From: Desulfobacteraceae bacterium
Lineage (GTDB): Bacteria > Desulfobacterota > Desulfobacteria > Desulfobacterales > JAABSP01
Reading direction: 5' to 3'
Assembly (NCBI GenBank): GCA_011390345.1
Contig: JAABSP010000006.1
Location: forward strand, 35,108-99,107
DNA: 64,000 nt
Part shown: piece by piece, positions 10,236 to 19,169 of the stretch
Position numbering within the stretch: the first letter of the stretch is position 1
Layout of the letters: every line of letters starts with the position of its first letter
The notes under the pieces: generated by a model
The model's input: the letters and a program-made list of their open reading frames with translations, nothing else
What the model was told of the DNA's origin: nothing
Database searches by the model: none
Program-made: the position numbers and the translations under genes

Positions 10236-10454
10236 TTATTCGGTGCTGGTATCCTTTGGGATCTCTTCATCCTCCCTGCAGGTGGAAATCCCGATCAGGG
10301 CATAGAGTGAACACCAGGAGATGACCGCGGTCAGAATCGGCAGAAACCCGATCAATCCCCACCAGGAGCCGTAATAGATGCCGATGCCTAAGATCAGAAG
10401 TCCTGCAAAGAGCCGGATGATCCTGTCGGTTTTGCCCACATTGCATTTCATCAC
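10236..10454 (-). CDS. DUF2892 (YgaP C-terminal-like) small membrane protein
   Basis: 72 aa with CNVGKTDRIIRLFAGLLILGIG...W.SLYALIG, the typical DUF2892 pattern. A 4-nt overlap joins it to the upstream usp gene. Confidence 0.7.
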   Translation of the reverse strand: MMKCNVGKTDRIIRLFAGLLILGIGIYYGSWWGLIGFLPILTAVISWCSLYALIGISTCREDEEIPKDTSTE

Positions 10455-10924
10455 GATGCACCTCCCTCACCCCAGGAGGCTTTGACAGATAGCACCGGAC
10501 AGGGTGAATGGCGGATCACCCTTTCCGTGACAGAGCCCAGCAGCAGCCTTTCGAAACCGCTGTGGCCGTGGGTGGCGATGACGATCAGATCGGCCTTCTC
10601 CTCTTCTGCAACCCGGACGATCTCATCTGCGGCATATCCGACCATGACCTGGGTTTCCGATTTAAGATCGGACCTGATGAGATCATCGGCCACCTTCTGC
10701 AGGGTCTCCCGGCTCTGCTCAATAAAGGTCTGCTGGTAGGCCGGAATGTCGAAACTGACCGGCGTGGTATGGTGGGGCGCGCCCAGCACAGGAACCGGCG
10801 AGACCACATGAACCAGGATCAGCTCTGAAGAGAATTGACCCGCAAGTTCATTGGCTGTTTTGACCCCCTCATAAGAGGGCTCGCTGAAATCGGTGGTGCA
10901 GAGAATCTTTTTAAAGGGCAGCAT
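10451..10924 (-). CDS. Universal stress protein (UspA family)
   Basis: MLPFKKILCTTDFSEPS...DLIVIATHGHSGFERLLLGSVTERVIRHSPCPVLSV is a canonical Usp pattern. Confidence 0.85.
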   Translation of the reverse strand: MLPFKKILCTTDFSEPSYEGVKTANELAGQFSSELILVHVVSPVPVLGAPHHTTPVSFDIPAYQQTFIEQSRETLQKVADDLIRSDLKSETQVMVGYAADEIVRVAEEEKADLIVIATHGHSGFERLLLGSVTERVIRHSPCPVLSVKASWGEGGAS

Positions 10925-11122
10925 ATTCTTGACCTCCTTTGGCCAGTAAGGGTTTTGTCCATCTGTCAGAATATACCCGACCCCTTCTTTTGTGAGAATA
11001 GGGTTAAATCTGTAGATTCTCCCGGGAGAGACTGTATTTGCAAAGAGGCTTTTTTTCCTTGTATTCTTTTTTAACTTGAATTAAAGAGGAGATATATCGA
11101 AAAAATTAACAGCGGAGGCATC

Positions 11123-11302
11123 ATGGCAAAAGTAGAGGAAGTGAGAAAGATCATCGGCAACATGGAGCGGCTCATCGACAGCGGACAGGAGCTGGCCCGG
11201 TCCATGATGGACAAGGAGCCGAGCCAGCGCTCCCAGAACAACAACTGGCGCTACGTCCGTCAGGAGCTGATGGACCTGAAAAAGGAACTGGGCCTCCACT
11301 AG
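11123..11302 (+). CDS. Small hypothetical protein (59 aa)
   Basis: ATG at 11123 preceded by GGAGG. Translation is MAKVEEVRKIIGNMERLIDSGQELARSMMDKEPSQRSQNNNWRYVRQELMDLKKELGLH. It falls below the track length cutoff. I prefer it to the antisense 76-aa ORF (11081..11311), which has no RBS and antisense-like composition. Confidence 0.35.
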   Translation: MAKVEEVRKIIGNMERLIDSGQELARSMMDKEPSQRSQNNNWRYVRQELMDLKKELGLH

Positions 11303-11511
11303 ATAGCCCACTATTAGCTATCCCACTATCTAGCCGCGCCCGGGCTTTCCATAAAGGCCGTTTATACCGCTTTCGCCCCTTCCCGCGTCCTTTATGTCCC
11401 TTATGTCCTTTTGGTCCTTTTGAAAAAAAGATAGACCAGTCCGCTCTTTATTCTACAGTTGATCTATGATATCTTTCTAAACAAAGGATTCATTTATCGA
11501 AAGGAGAGACC

Positions 11512-13149
11512 ATGTCAGGAAAGAGGAGGATTTTGGGTTGTACTGCAATTTTCTTTTTCCTTGTTCTGCTTATTTTCGGGCTTTATGCCTGCACCGGTTC
11601 CCGGAAAGAGGCCAAAGAGGAGACACCCCAGGTCGCGCCGGTCATCTTCGGCGAAACCCAGGAGGAGATCCGCATCGAGGAGATGCACCAGCGGGTCTTT
11701 GCCCAACTCGGCGGATACAAAGGCCCCGAATCCTGCTACGCCTGCCACCAGGAGGCCTATGCGGATGTGAGCATGAGCTACCATGTCCACCAGGGCCGGA
11801 TCACAGCAAGCGGAGAAATCGCCTACCTTCCGTCCAATTCCGCTGATGTCGGCATGTACCACCGCTGGTATCCCCTCTCCAACCTGGACCACAAGTCCGA
11901 GCCGGAGAAGCACTGGAAGCAGATGGAATCGATCTTCTGTGCGCAGTGCCATCCGGGCGGCGGCGTACTGAAGCCCTACGGCATGGATGTGGACTGCCTC
12001 ATCTGCCACCAGAAGAGCGGCTACAAGGGGGGCCAGGGGCTGGGAAGAACCCCGGCCGGCATCGACCCCCGAGGCAATATGATCCAGAGCAACGGCGCAA
12101 GGCTGGCTTCTCTGATGATGGCCGGGGCCGCAGTGGGCGGCGACATGGATGAAATCGACCTCTCGAATATCGCGGTCAAGGCAATGGAGGGCGTGGAACT
12201 CCGGGTGGGAAAGCCGAACCCGGACAACTGCAACTTCTGCCACTGGCGCACCAATGGCAAACGGGGAACCCGTTACGGAATGTTCAAAGGAAAACCGACC
12301 GATGTTCACTACGCGGCCGGCATGCGGTGCCAGGAATGCCACGTCACCGTGGACCACCAGATCGGCAAGGGAAAAATATTGGACGCCATCGGAACCCCCG
12401 AACTCCGGGGAACCATGAAGACATGCGACACCTGCCACCCGGAAGAGCCCCACACCGGGGAATATGCGGACGAACTCAACTACCACATGGCCCAGATGGC
12501 CTGCGAGACCTGTCACATCCCCCAGACCTACCCCGCGGCCAAAAGAATCAACTGGCTCCCGGGAATGGACATGGAGAAGATGATGGAGCAGTACGAATGG
12601 ATGATGCCGGTTGCAAAGCTCTTTGGCATGGCCAGCCCCGAGATGATGACGGAGCAGATCAACGAGATGATCCAGTGCTACAAATCCCTGAAGCCGGCCG
12701 GTTTCAAACCGACCTATGCCTGGTACAACCCCGACATCATCTGGAAGCAAATCCCCTATCCCAACGCGGACCGGAACGATCCCAACGCCAGAATCTGGCC
12801 CTTCAACGTGGTGGATAGCGCATTTTTCAGCGACGGAACCGATCCTGAAGCCGTGGCCGCGCCCGACAGTTTCGTCAACAGCCATCCGGTTCCCAAAGCC
12901 TATGTAGCCCGCGCCGGCGGCAAAGGCGAAGAGGATACGACTCTATCGGAGATGCGCTCATGGAACGACGGCCAGTATGCCTCGGCCATCATCCGGAATC
13001 CGCCCATCTATTTCCAGCAGTTCCACAGCATAGCGCCGGCCTCTGAAGCACTGGCCTGCAACGATTGCCACGCTTCCAGCGGCCGGATGGATTTTGCGGC
13101 TCTGGGATATACACCCGCGGAAGTTGAAGACCTGAAGCAGCTCCGATAG
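11512..13149 (+). CDS. Octaheme c-type cytochrome, probable lipoprotein
   Basis: Eight CXXCH motifs: CYACH, CAQCH, CLICH, CNFCH, CQECH, CDTCH, CETCH, CNDCH. The N-terminal signal carries a lipobox (LIFGLYAC). A GGAGAG RBS precedes the ATG. Confidence 0.85.
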   Translation: MSGKRRILGCTAIFFFLVLLIFGLYACTGSRKEAKEETPQVAPVIFGETQEEIRIEEMHQRVFAQLGGYKGPESCYACHQEAYADVSMSYHVHQGRITASGEIAYLPSNSADVGMYHRWYPLSNLDHKSEPEKHWKQMESIFCAQCHPGGGVLKPYGMDVDCLICHQKSGYKGGQGLGRTPAGIDPRGNMIQSNGARLASLMMAGAAVGGDMDEIDLSNIAVKAMEGVELRVGKPNPDNCNFCHWRTNGKRGTRYGMFKGKPTDVHYAAGMRCQECHVTVDHQIGKGKILDAIGTPELRGTMKTCDTCHPEEPHTGEYADELNYHMAQMACETCHIPQTYPAAKRINWLPGMDMEKMMEQYEWMMPVAKLFGMASPEMMTEQINEMIQCYKSLKPAGFKPTYAWYNPDIIWKQIPYPNADRNDPNARIWPFNVVDSAFFSDGTDPEAVAAPDSFVNSHPVPKAYVARAGGKGEEDTTLSEMRSWNDGQYASAIIRNPPIYFQQFHSIAPASEALACNDCHASSGRMDFAALGYTPAEVEDLKQLR

Positions 13150-13221
13150 CAGACTTTTTATCTCCTGACCACCAGCTCCTGACTGGCTCCTGACCCCCGG
13201 CTTTTGACCCTGGGGCCACGG

Positions 13222-13284
13222 ATAAAACCTTAATCCTGCCGACTCCGGAAACGGATTGTTGTCAAAAAGCCGTTTCTGTCAGGT
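13222..13284. terminator. Hairpin between convergent genes (possible bidirectional terminator)
   Basis: AATCCTGCCGAC (13222-13233) pairs with GTCGGCAGGATT (13273-13284). An inner GGAAACGG/CCGTTTC pairing lies between them. There is no clear U-tract. Confidence 0.45.
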
Positions 13285-13309
13285 CGGCAGGATTCGGGGC
13301 AAAGAGGCG

Positions 13310-14470
13310 CTACTCCTCCTTTGGCCGCGTGATCTTTTCAAAAATTTCCTCTGCTGAAATAAAGACATCTGCAGAAGGGGTGTAGCCGATCTTTTCTGCC
13401 GTCTCCAGATTGATGGCGATCTTCAAAGGGCTATGGAAATCCTGAGGCAGATTCCTTGGCTTTTCTCCGTTCAGCACCGAAGCAATGATCGCTGCCTCAT
13501 ACTGTCCCAAGGAGCTGAAGTCCACCTGCGCGATGCTGATCAGCAGCCCGTTTTTCACAAACTTCGATCCGCCCTGTGCAAATGTCGGCTTTTTGTATTT
13601 TTGGGCCATGGAGACGATTCGGGAAATGGTATTGGGATTGACGCCGTTTTGGAGGGTGACGTAGATGGCATCGGCCTTCCGAACCAGTTCGTTGTAACAC
13701 TGAATTGCACTCTTTTCAGCCTTGCTCTTGTCAGGGGTATCGTCGATGGTATGGCAGGGAATGATCTCGAAATTCAGCTCCTTTGTCACCGGTTCGATCT
13801 GATCCAGCCCGGCAATGCTTCTGCCGGACTCTGTATCCTCATATGCGATCCCCATTGTCCTGAAGGCGACCATATCATGAAAGGTTCTCACCTGCCGGGC
13901 ATACTGGCCCGGGTTGATATGGGCATGGACATGATCGTATCCGGAATCTTCCACGCTTTTGATGATCCCCGCGGCAACCGGATCACTGGCCGAGATGATC
14001 AGAGTGTCCACAGAGTGATCGTTGTTGGCAAAATCCTGTCCGGCCCATGTGCCGAAGGCGAGCAGCAGGTCGATATCTCCCCTGTTGAGCCGATCCGTCA
14101 AGGCTTTTTGCAGTTCTTTCCGCTTCTCTTCGTCCCATCCTGCACAGTAATGGGCATCTTCCACAAAGAGGAGATAATCGCTTTTGGCCTCCTTGGCAAG
14201 CCAGTTCCAGAGCGTTTCCGTTTCCTCTCCTTCCATTTGCGGAATCTGAGCCTCCTCTATCCAGCCCCGATCCATCAATCCTTTGATGGTCGCTGCAAAG
14301 ATAGACTGATAATCGATATACTCTCCGCCTTCATAATAGGCGATCCGCCATTTCTCTCCGTTGTTTTTGGTCGGAGGCTTGGGCAAATTGAATTGTGCCT
14401 CGACCGTTGCCACCTCGATGGCAAAAAGAGCCATCACTGAAAACAAAACAATAAAAAACATTTTTTTCAT
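13310..14470 (-). CDS. Periplasmic substrate-binding protein (ABC_sub_bind-like), orphan
   Basis: Signal peptide MKKMFFIVLFSVMALFAIEVATVEA. The body resembles the PF04392-type binding-protein family. No permease or ATPase gene is adjacent. I moved the start to the ATG at 14470. Confidence 0.65.
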   Translation of the reverse strand: MKKMFFIVLFSVMALFAIEVATVEAQFNLPKPPTKNNGEKWRIAYYEGGEYIDYQSIFAATIKGLMDRGWIEEAQIPQMEGEETETLWNWLAKEAKSDYLLFVEDAHYCAGWDEEKRKELQKALTDRLNRGDIDLLLAFGTWAGQDFANNDHSVDTLIISASDPVAAGIIKSVEDSGYDHVHAHINPGQYARQVRTFHDMVAFRTMGIAYEDTESGRSIAGLDQIEPVTKELNFEIIPCHTIDDTPDKSKAEKSAIQCYNELVRKADAIYVTLQNGVNPNTISRIVSMAQKYKKPTFAQGGSKFVKNGLLISIAQVDFSSLGQYEAAIIASVLNGEKPRNLPQDFHSPLKIAINLETAEKIGYTPSADVFISAEEIFEKITRPKEE

Positions 14471-14681
14471 TTGAAAATCTCTTCTTTTCCTAATTTTCAA
14501 GAATGACCCCATAACCGCAAAAAAAGCCCGATGCTAAATAGCAGTTTTTCTCAATAAAAAGCTTGAAATACCATAAGTGCTTTACAGGGAGTGAGAACAT
14601 GGGGTGAAATGCCCATCCAGGAAATCTTATCACTGTATTTTGCGATGGCTGGCAGATCGGCCGATTTTGGAAGAGAATCCA

Positions 14682-14711
14682 AGGGTAAAATAGGGTAAAA
14701 TAGGGTAAAAT
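14682..14711. repeat. 3 x 10-bp tandem repeat AGGGTAAAAT
   Basis: Read directly from the sequence. It lies about 80 bp upstream of the 14788 gene, and each unit contains a -10-like TAAAAT. Confidence 0.8.
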
Positions 14712-14787
14712 ATGATATACTGGAACAATATTGTGAAGATCCGCGCTGTTTCTTTTACGCGAAATCTAAGAGGAGTCTATAAGTCCG

Positions 14788-17721
14788 ATGAGAAACATTC
14801 TGGCCATATCAATTCTGCTCTCCCTTTTTTTCCATGCAGTGGTTCCGCCCGGGACTGCTCTGGCCGCAACACCCGATATCCAAACCCTGCGATCCTGGGT
14901 GGCGGAGATGAAAACCTCCTATCGAGGGCCCTTTGGCCGGCTCCGCTGGTTCTGCAACGACGGAACGATCCTGCCCCCTGACGAGGATTGCGAGGATCAC
15001 GGCGGCGGCATCCAGCACGGCCAGTGGTCCGAAAGAACCCGCATTCTTCGGGGGGCCGGCTATCGAATCGCCAATGTGATTGCCGATATCGAACCGGCAG
15101 ATTTTGTCCGCCAAGAGGATCTTATCGATGTTCTGGGGCAGATCCTTCTGGAAAGATATCTGATCCGGGCCGATGACGGCTGGATCTATCGGGAATCCCG
15201 CTACTATCGCGGCTCTTTTCAGTCTCAGGATGAGGCCGAAAAGGGGCGGGAGATTCTGCTTGCGCTTGCGGCCGATCCGAAATGGCGGGACCGTCACTTT
15301 CCTTTGCTCCGGGAGGCGGTCCGTCTGCTGCCCCATGATCAGGATGTGGGGCCCGTGACCAAAATGCGGGAGCTGTCGAGGGAGATCGCGGAAAAGGATG
15401 CCGGTTTCGAGACGATTCGAATCAAGATCCATGTGCTGCCGGAAAGATCTGATGCGGCAACGGTTCGAAATTACGCCCGAAATAAGGGAAAAAAAGGGCT
15501 GACCCATGATTATGCAGAGCTTGCCCGGACCATTGATGCGGTCTTTTCCGTTTCAGATATCGCAGGTGAGATCCGCAGGGTCGTGGAAAAGATCCGGGCG
15601 CCCAAGCTCAAGGAGGTCTTCGCGCGGCAGATGGAGATGCTGGAGGCGGCCCAAGAGAGCCTTGGCCGAACCGCAGCATTGAACCGTGTTCTGGCCTCTA
15701 TCCGGGGCGCGCTGCCCGGTGTGGAATCTTCGGATTTGGCACTTGAACTGCTCGATTTGAGCCTCTCCCTGGAGGAGGAGGTCTTTAAAATGGGTGCGGA
15801 AGTGGTCCGGGCCGCTCAGGGGAAATCCCGCCGGGAAGTGCTGGAGATCGCGGCCAACGGAATGACCGGGATCTACGGGATCGGGCTGATCTCGGCACGG
15901 CAGATCCGGGAGATATTTGAAAGCATCGTCGCCATCGAGGAGAAGCCGGAGGTGGATCGGTATCAGAGGGAGATCGACTACCTGATCCGGGTATCGGACT
16001 GGAGCGAAGATACCCTCTATTTCTATTTCTCCCCGGCCATGAAAATGCTGGCCCGAATCGAGTCCAAGGCAAAAAATTTCATCCAGGACCGTCTTCATGA
16101 GAGCCCGGTACTCTTTGTTGCCCAGATCCTGGAGCCGCTGGCAGCGGATGCAAGACTTCTCTCCGGCGTGGAACAGAGCCTCTTTGGAAAGCCGGTTTCC
16201 ACTGGCCTGGTTCCCCTGAATCCCGGACTTGCCCGGGGGGTGCTGCGGATTCCGGTAGAGGAGACCGATCTTTCGGCCTTTTCCCCGGACGGGATCTACC
16301 TGCTGCCGGCCACGGTTCGGGATCTGCCGCGGGTGGCCGGGATTCTCACCGAAGGGGAGGGGAATGCGCTCTCCCATGTCCAGCTTCTGGCCCGGAACCT
16401 GGGCATTCCCAATGTTGCTGTTGCCCGACATTTAATCAAGGATATCCGCGCCTATGAGGGCCAAAAGGTCGTTCTTGGGGTCAGCCCCAAGGGCGCTGTC
16501 CGGCTGATGTCTTACGGCCCCCAGTGGGACGGGATCTTTGAGCAGCAGAAACAGGAGACAGAAGCCGCGCTGATCCGGCCCGATACGGAAAAACTCGATC
16601 TCACCCGAAAGCGGCCCATCACCCTTTCCGAGCTGCGGGCAGCGGATTCGGGCCGGATCGCAGGGCCAAAAGCGGCCAATCTCGGGGAGCTGAAGCACTA
16701 TTTTCCAGAGGCCGTGGCAGAGGGGATCGCGATTCCCTTTGGGGTCTATCGGGAGATGCTCGACAGGCCCTTTGATCCGGCAGATCCGAATGGCCTCTCC
16801 ATCTGGGAGTGGATGAATGGCTATTATGAAAAGCGATCTTCCGAAAGAGCCGGTTTCGGAGAGATCACCAAGGCCGATGAGCAGTTTCTGGCGGCTCTCC
16901 ACAAGCGGATTTCAACTCTTTCTTTTGATGATGAGACCAGGGCGCTGCTCAAATCCGAGATGGCCCGGGTCTTTGGCCCTGATAAGACCTACGGCGTCTT
17001 TGTCCGCAGCGATACCAACGTGGAGGATCTGCCGAACTTCACGGGCGCGGGCCTCAACCTGACGGTTCCCCATGTGGTGGGCGAAGATAAGATCCTGGCC
17101 CAGGTTCCCAGGGTCTGGGCCTCCCCCTTTACCCTGCGGGCCTTTCAGTGGCGCCAGGCGAGAATGTCCGATCCGGCCCATGTCTATGTTTCGGTACTGC
17201 TGATGAAGAGCGTGCCGGTCGACAAATCCGGGGTTCTTGTGACAACGGACCTGGAGACCGGCAGCCGGGAGTGGCTCTCCATCGCAGTCAATCAAGGGCC
17301 CGGCGGTGCGGTCGCGGGGCAGAATGCCGAGGAACTCCGGGTGCATCAGAAGACCGGAGAGATCCGGCTGATAACCGAGTCCGCAGAGCCGATGCGGATA
17401 GTGCTGAAGCCTGACGGCGGCATCGGCAGGAAAAGGGCAGAAAAGCCCGAGTGGCTGCTGACGCGCGATGAGATCAAAAGTCTGATCCGGTTCTCCCAGG
17501 ATGCGCCGAAACGCTTTCCCATGCTCAAAGGGGATGTCCGCGAGTCGATCCCGGCCGATATCGAGTTCGGCTTTCTGGATCATGCGCTGGTCCTCTTTCA
17601 GATCCGCCCCTTTCTGGAGAGCCCGGAGGCGCGGAAGAACAGCTATCTCATCGAACTCGACTCTGCTGTAACGGATAATATTTTCCAGCCGGTTGCCCTG
17701 AAAAAGCCTCCGAAGGAATGA
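14788..17721 (+). CDS. Exported PEP-utilizing-family phosphotransferase (unknown N-domain, phosphohistidine swivel domain, PPDK_N/ATP-grasp domain)
   Basis: Sec-type signal MRNILAISILLSLFFHAVVPPGTALA. Swivel-domain motif GILTEGEGNALSHVQLLARNLGIPNVAV. C-terminal PPDK_N motifs GPKAANLGELK and VFVRSDTNVEDLPNFTGAGLNLTV...WASPFTLRAFQWR...VLLMKSVPVDKSGVLVTTD. Confidence 0.8.
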   Translation: MRNILAISILLSLFFHAVVPPGTALAATPDIQTLRSWVAEMKTSYRGPFGRLRWFCNDGTILPPDEDCEDHGGGIQHGQWSERTRILRGAGYRIANVIADIEPADFVRQEDLIDVLGQILLERYLIRADDGWIYRESRYYRGSFQSQDEAEKGREILLALAADPKWRDRHFPLLREAVRLLPHDQDVGPVTKMRELSREIAEKDAGFETIRIKIHVLPERSDAATVRNYARNKGKKGLTHDYAELARTIDAVFSVSDIAGEIRRVVEKIRAPKLKEVFARQMEMLEAAQESLGRTAALNRVLASIRGALPGVESSDLALELLDLSLSLEEEVFKMGAEVVRAAQGKSRREVLEIAANGMTGIYGIGLISARQIREIFESIVAIEEKPEVDRYQREIDYLIRVSDWSEDTLYFYFSPAMKMLARIESKAKNFIQDRLHESPVLFVAQILEPLAADARLLSGVEQSLFGKPVSTGLVPLNPGLARGVLRIPVEETDLSAFSPDGIYLLPATVRDLPRVAGILTEGEGNALSHVQLLARNLGIPNVAVARHLIKDIRAYEGQKVVLGVSPKGAVRLMSYGPQWDGIFEQQKQETEAALIRPDTEKLDLTRKRPITLSELRAADSGRIAGPKAANLGELKHYFPEAVAEGIAIPFGVYREMLDRPFDPADPNGLSIWEWMNGYYEKRSSERAGFGEITKADEQFLAALHKRISTLSFDDETRALLKSEMARVFGPDKTYGVFVRSDTNVEDLPNFTGAGLNLTVPHVVGEDKILAQVPRVWASPFTLRAFQWRQARMSDPAHVYVSVLLMKSVPVDKSGVLVTTDLETGSREWLSIAVNQGPGGAVAGQNAEELRVHQKTGEIRLITESAEPMRIVLKPDGGIGRKRAEKPEWLLTRDEIKSLIRFSQDAPKRFPMLKGDVRESIPADIEFGFLDHALVLFQIRPFLESPEARKNSYLIELDSAVTDNIFQPVALKKPPKE

Positions 17722-19169
17722 GCGAAAACAGAAGAAGACGGTTTGCGGCAAAAAAAATTCTAATGGCTCTGATGGCGAGCCAAAACGATCTGGTGTCAGG
17801 AGGTATCATCATGAGAAGAAGAGAAGCAAATCAACATAATCAACATAATCAATATGGGCACAAGGCAATATCCGTGCTGGCGGCCATTCTGCTGTCCGGT
17901 TCTATGCTGATTTCAACGGCTTTCGGCTATCCCATCGACGGGTATGAACATACCGGGATTACGCGGCTGGAGGGGTATCAACTGGCTCAGGAGGGTGAGG
18001 TGCGGGGCCGGGACCTGCCCGAGGGGGCACAGTGGCCACTGGAATGGGTCGATATCCGGCTGACGGACCGCCCCGATTTTACCATTCCCCCATCCGATCC
18101 TGAGCTGGAAAAGAAGATCCGGGGCTTTCTGGGGCATGAGTCAAACCGGTACGGCATCACCCTTCTCGATCTCACGGACCTAAAAAATCCGAGGTATGGG
18201 GCCCATCGGCCCGAGGCCCGATACAACCCCGGCAGCGTTGGAAAGCTGATGATCGGACTTGGGGTATTTCAGGCCCTGGCCGATACCTATCCGGACGACA
18301 CCCGGAAGCGGATGGAGATCCTGCGCACGTCACAGGTCGTATCGGACCGGTTCATCCAGTCCGATCACCATGTGGTTCCCTTCTGGGAGCCGGGGCAGTC
18401 CCGGATTCAAAAGCGGCCCCTTCGCATCGGAGACACGGCCAATCTCTTCTCCTATCTCGACTGGATGCTCTCGGCCTCATCCAATTCCGCGGCCAGCATG
18501 TGCGGCCGTGAGGGGATGCTGATCCGCAATTTCGGCCGGGAATATCCGGTGAGCCAAGAGCGGATCGACCGCTTCTTCTCAGAGACTCCAAAGAGCGATC
18601 TTTCGGATCTGCTCTCCGCGACCATCCATGAGCCGGTGGCGCAAAATGGCCTCGATCCGGAGGAACTCCGGCAGGGGGGGCTGCTCACCTGGCGGGGCAA
18701 GCAGTTGGTTCCCGGCACCACCAGCTTTGGCAATGCCGGGGAACTGATGCGGTTTCTGGTGAAGCTGGAAAAGGGGGAGCTGGTGGATGAATTCTCCAGC
18801 CGGGAGTTCAAGCGCCTCCTCTATATGACCCAGCGCCGCATCCGGTACGCATATTCGCCGGAGCTGCACGACCATGGCGTCTATTTCAAGTCCGGCTCCC
18901 TGTACAAGTGCCGGTCCGGCGGATGCGGAAAGTACAAGGGCGATGTCTACAACATGATGAACTCGGTCGCCATCGTCGAATCACCCCCGGACCGAAACCC
19001 CCGGCTCCACTACATGGTCGTGGTTATGTCCAACGTGCTCCGGAAGAACTCGGCCTGGATTCATTCGGTGCTGGGCGGGAAGATCCACAAACTCATGGAA
19101 TCGCTTCATCCGATCGAGACGCCCCCTGCTCCGGACGTTGGGCCAGATACCGCTCCGGATGGTGGATGA
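17718..19169 (+). CDS. Beta-lactamase-fold serine hydrolase (class A-like), membrane-anchored or exported
   Basis: The start overlaps the upstream stop (ATGA). N-terminal hydrophobic segment AISVLAAILLSGSMLISTAFG. Three motifs are present: SxxK (SVGK), SxN (SSNSA) and KSG (YFKSGS). Confidence 0.6.
   Translation: MSENRRRRFAAKKILMALMASQNDLVSGGIIMRRREANQHNQHNQYGHKAISVLAAILLSGSMLISTAFGYPIDGYEHTGITRLEGYQLAQEGEVRGRDLPEGAQWPLEWVDIRLTDRPDFTIPPSDPELEKKIRGFLGHESNRYGITLLDLTDLKNPRYGAHRPEARYNPGSVGKLMIGLGVFQALADTYPDDTRKRMEILRTSQVVSDRFIQSDHHVVPFWEPGQSRIQKRPLRIGDTANLFSYLDWMLSASSNSAASMCGREGMLIRNFGREYPVSQERIDRFFSETPKSDLSDLLSATIHEPVAQNGLDPEELRQGGLLTWRGKQLVPGTTSFGNAGELMRFLVKLEKGELVDEFSSREFKRLLYMTQRRIRYAYSPELHDHGVYFKSGSLYKCRSGGCGKYKGDVYNMMNSVAIVESPPDRNPRLHYMVVVMSNVLRKNSAWIHSVLGGKIHKLMESLHPIETPPAPDVGPDTAPDGG

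Noticed and set aside
11081-11311. A 76-aa minus-strand ORF in the usp/cytochrome intergenic region.
   Set aside because: It has no RBS and an antisense-like sequence. The 59-aa plus-strand ORF (11123..11302) has a GGAGG RBS at proper spacing, although that ORF is itself only weakly supported.
11515-12885. A 456-aa minus-strand ORF.
   Set aside because: It lies antisense to the octaheme cytochrome gene, which has eight CXXCH motifs, a lipoprotein signal and an RBS on the plus strand.
14682-14711. The 3 x 10-bp AGGGTAAAAT repeat, considered as a regulatory array or mini-CRISPR.
   Set aside because: It is too short and has no spacers, so it is not a CRISPR. It may simply provide alternative -10 elements. 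It is kept as a repeat feature only.
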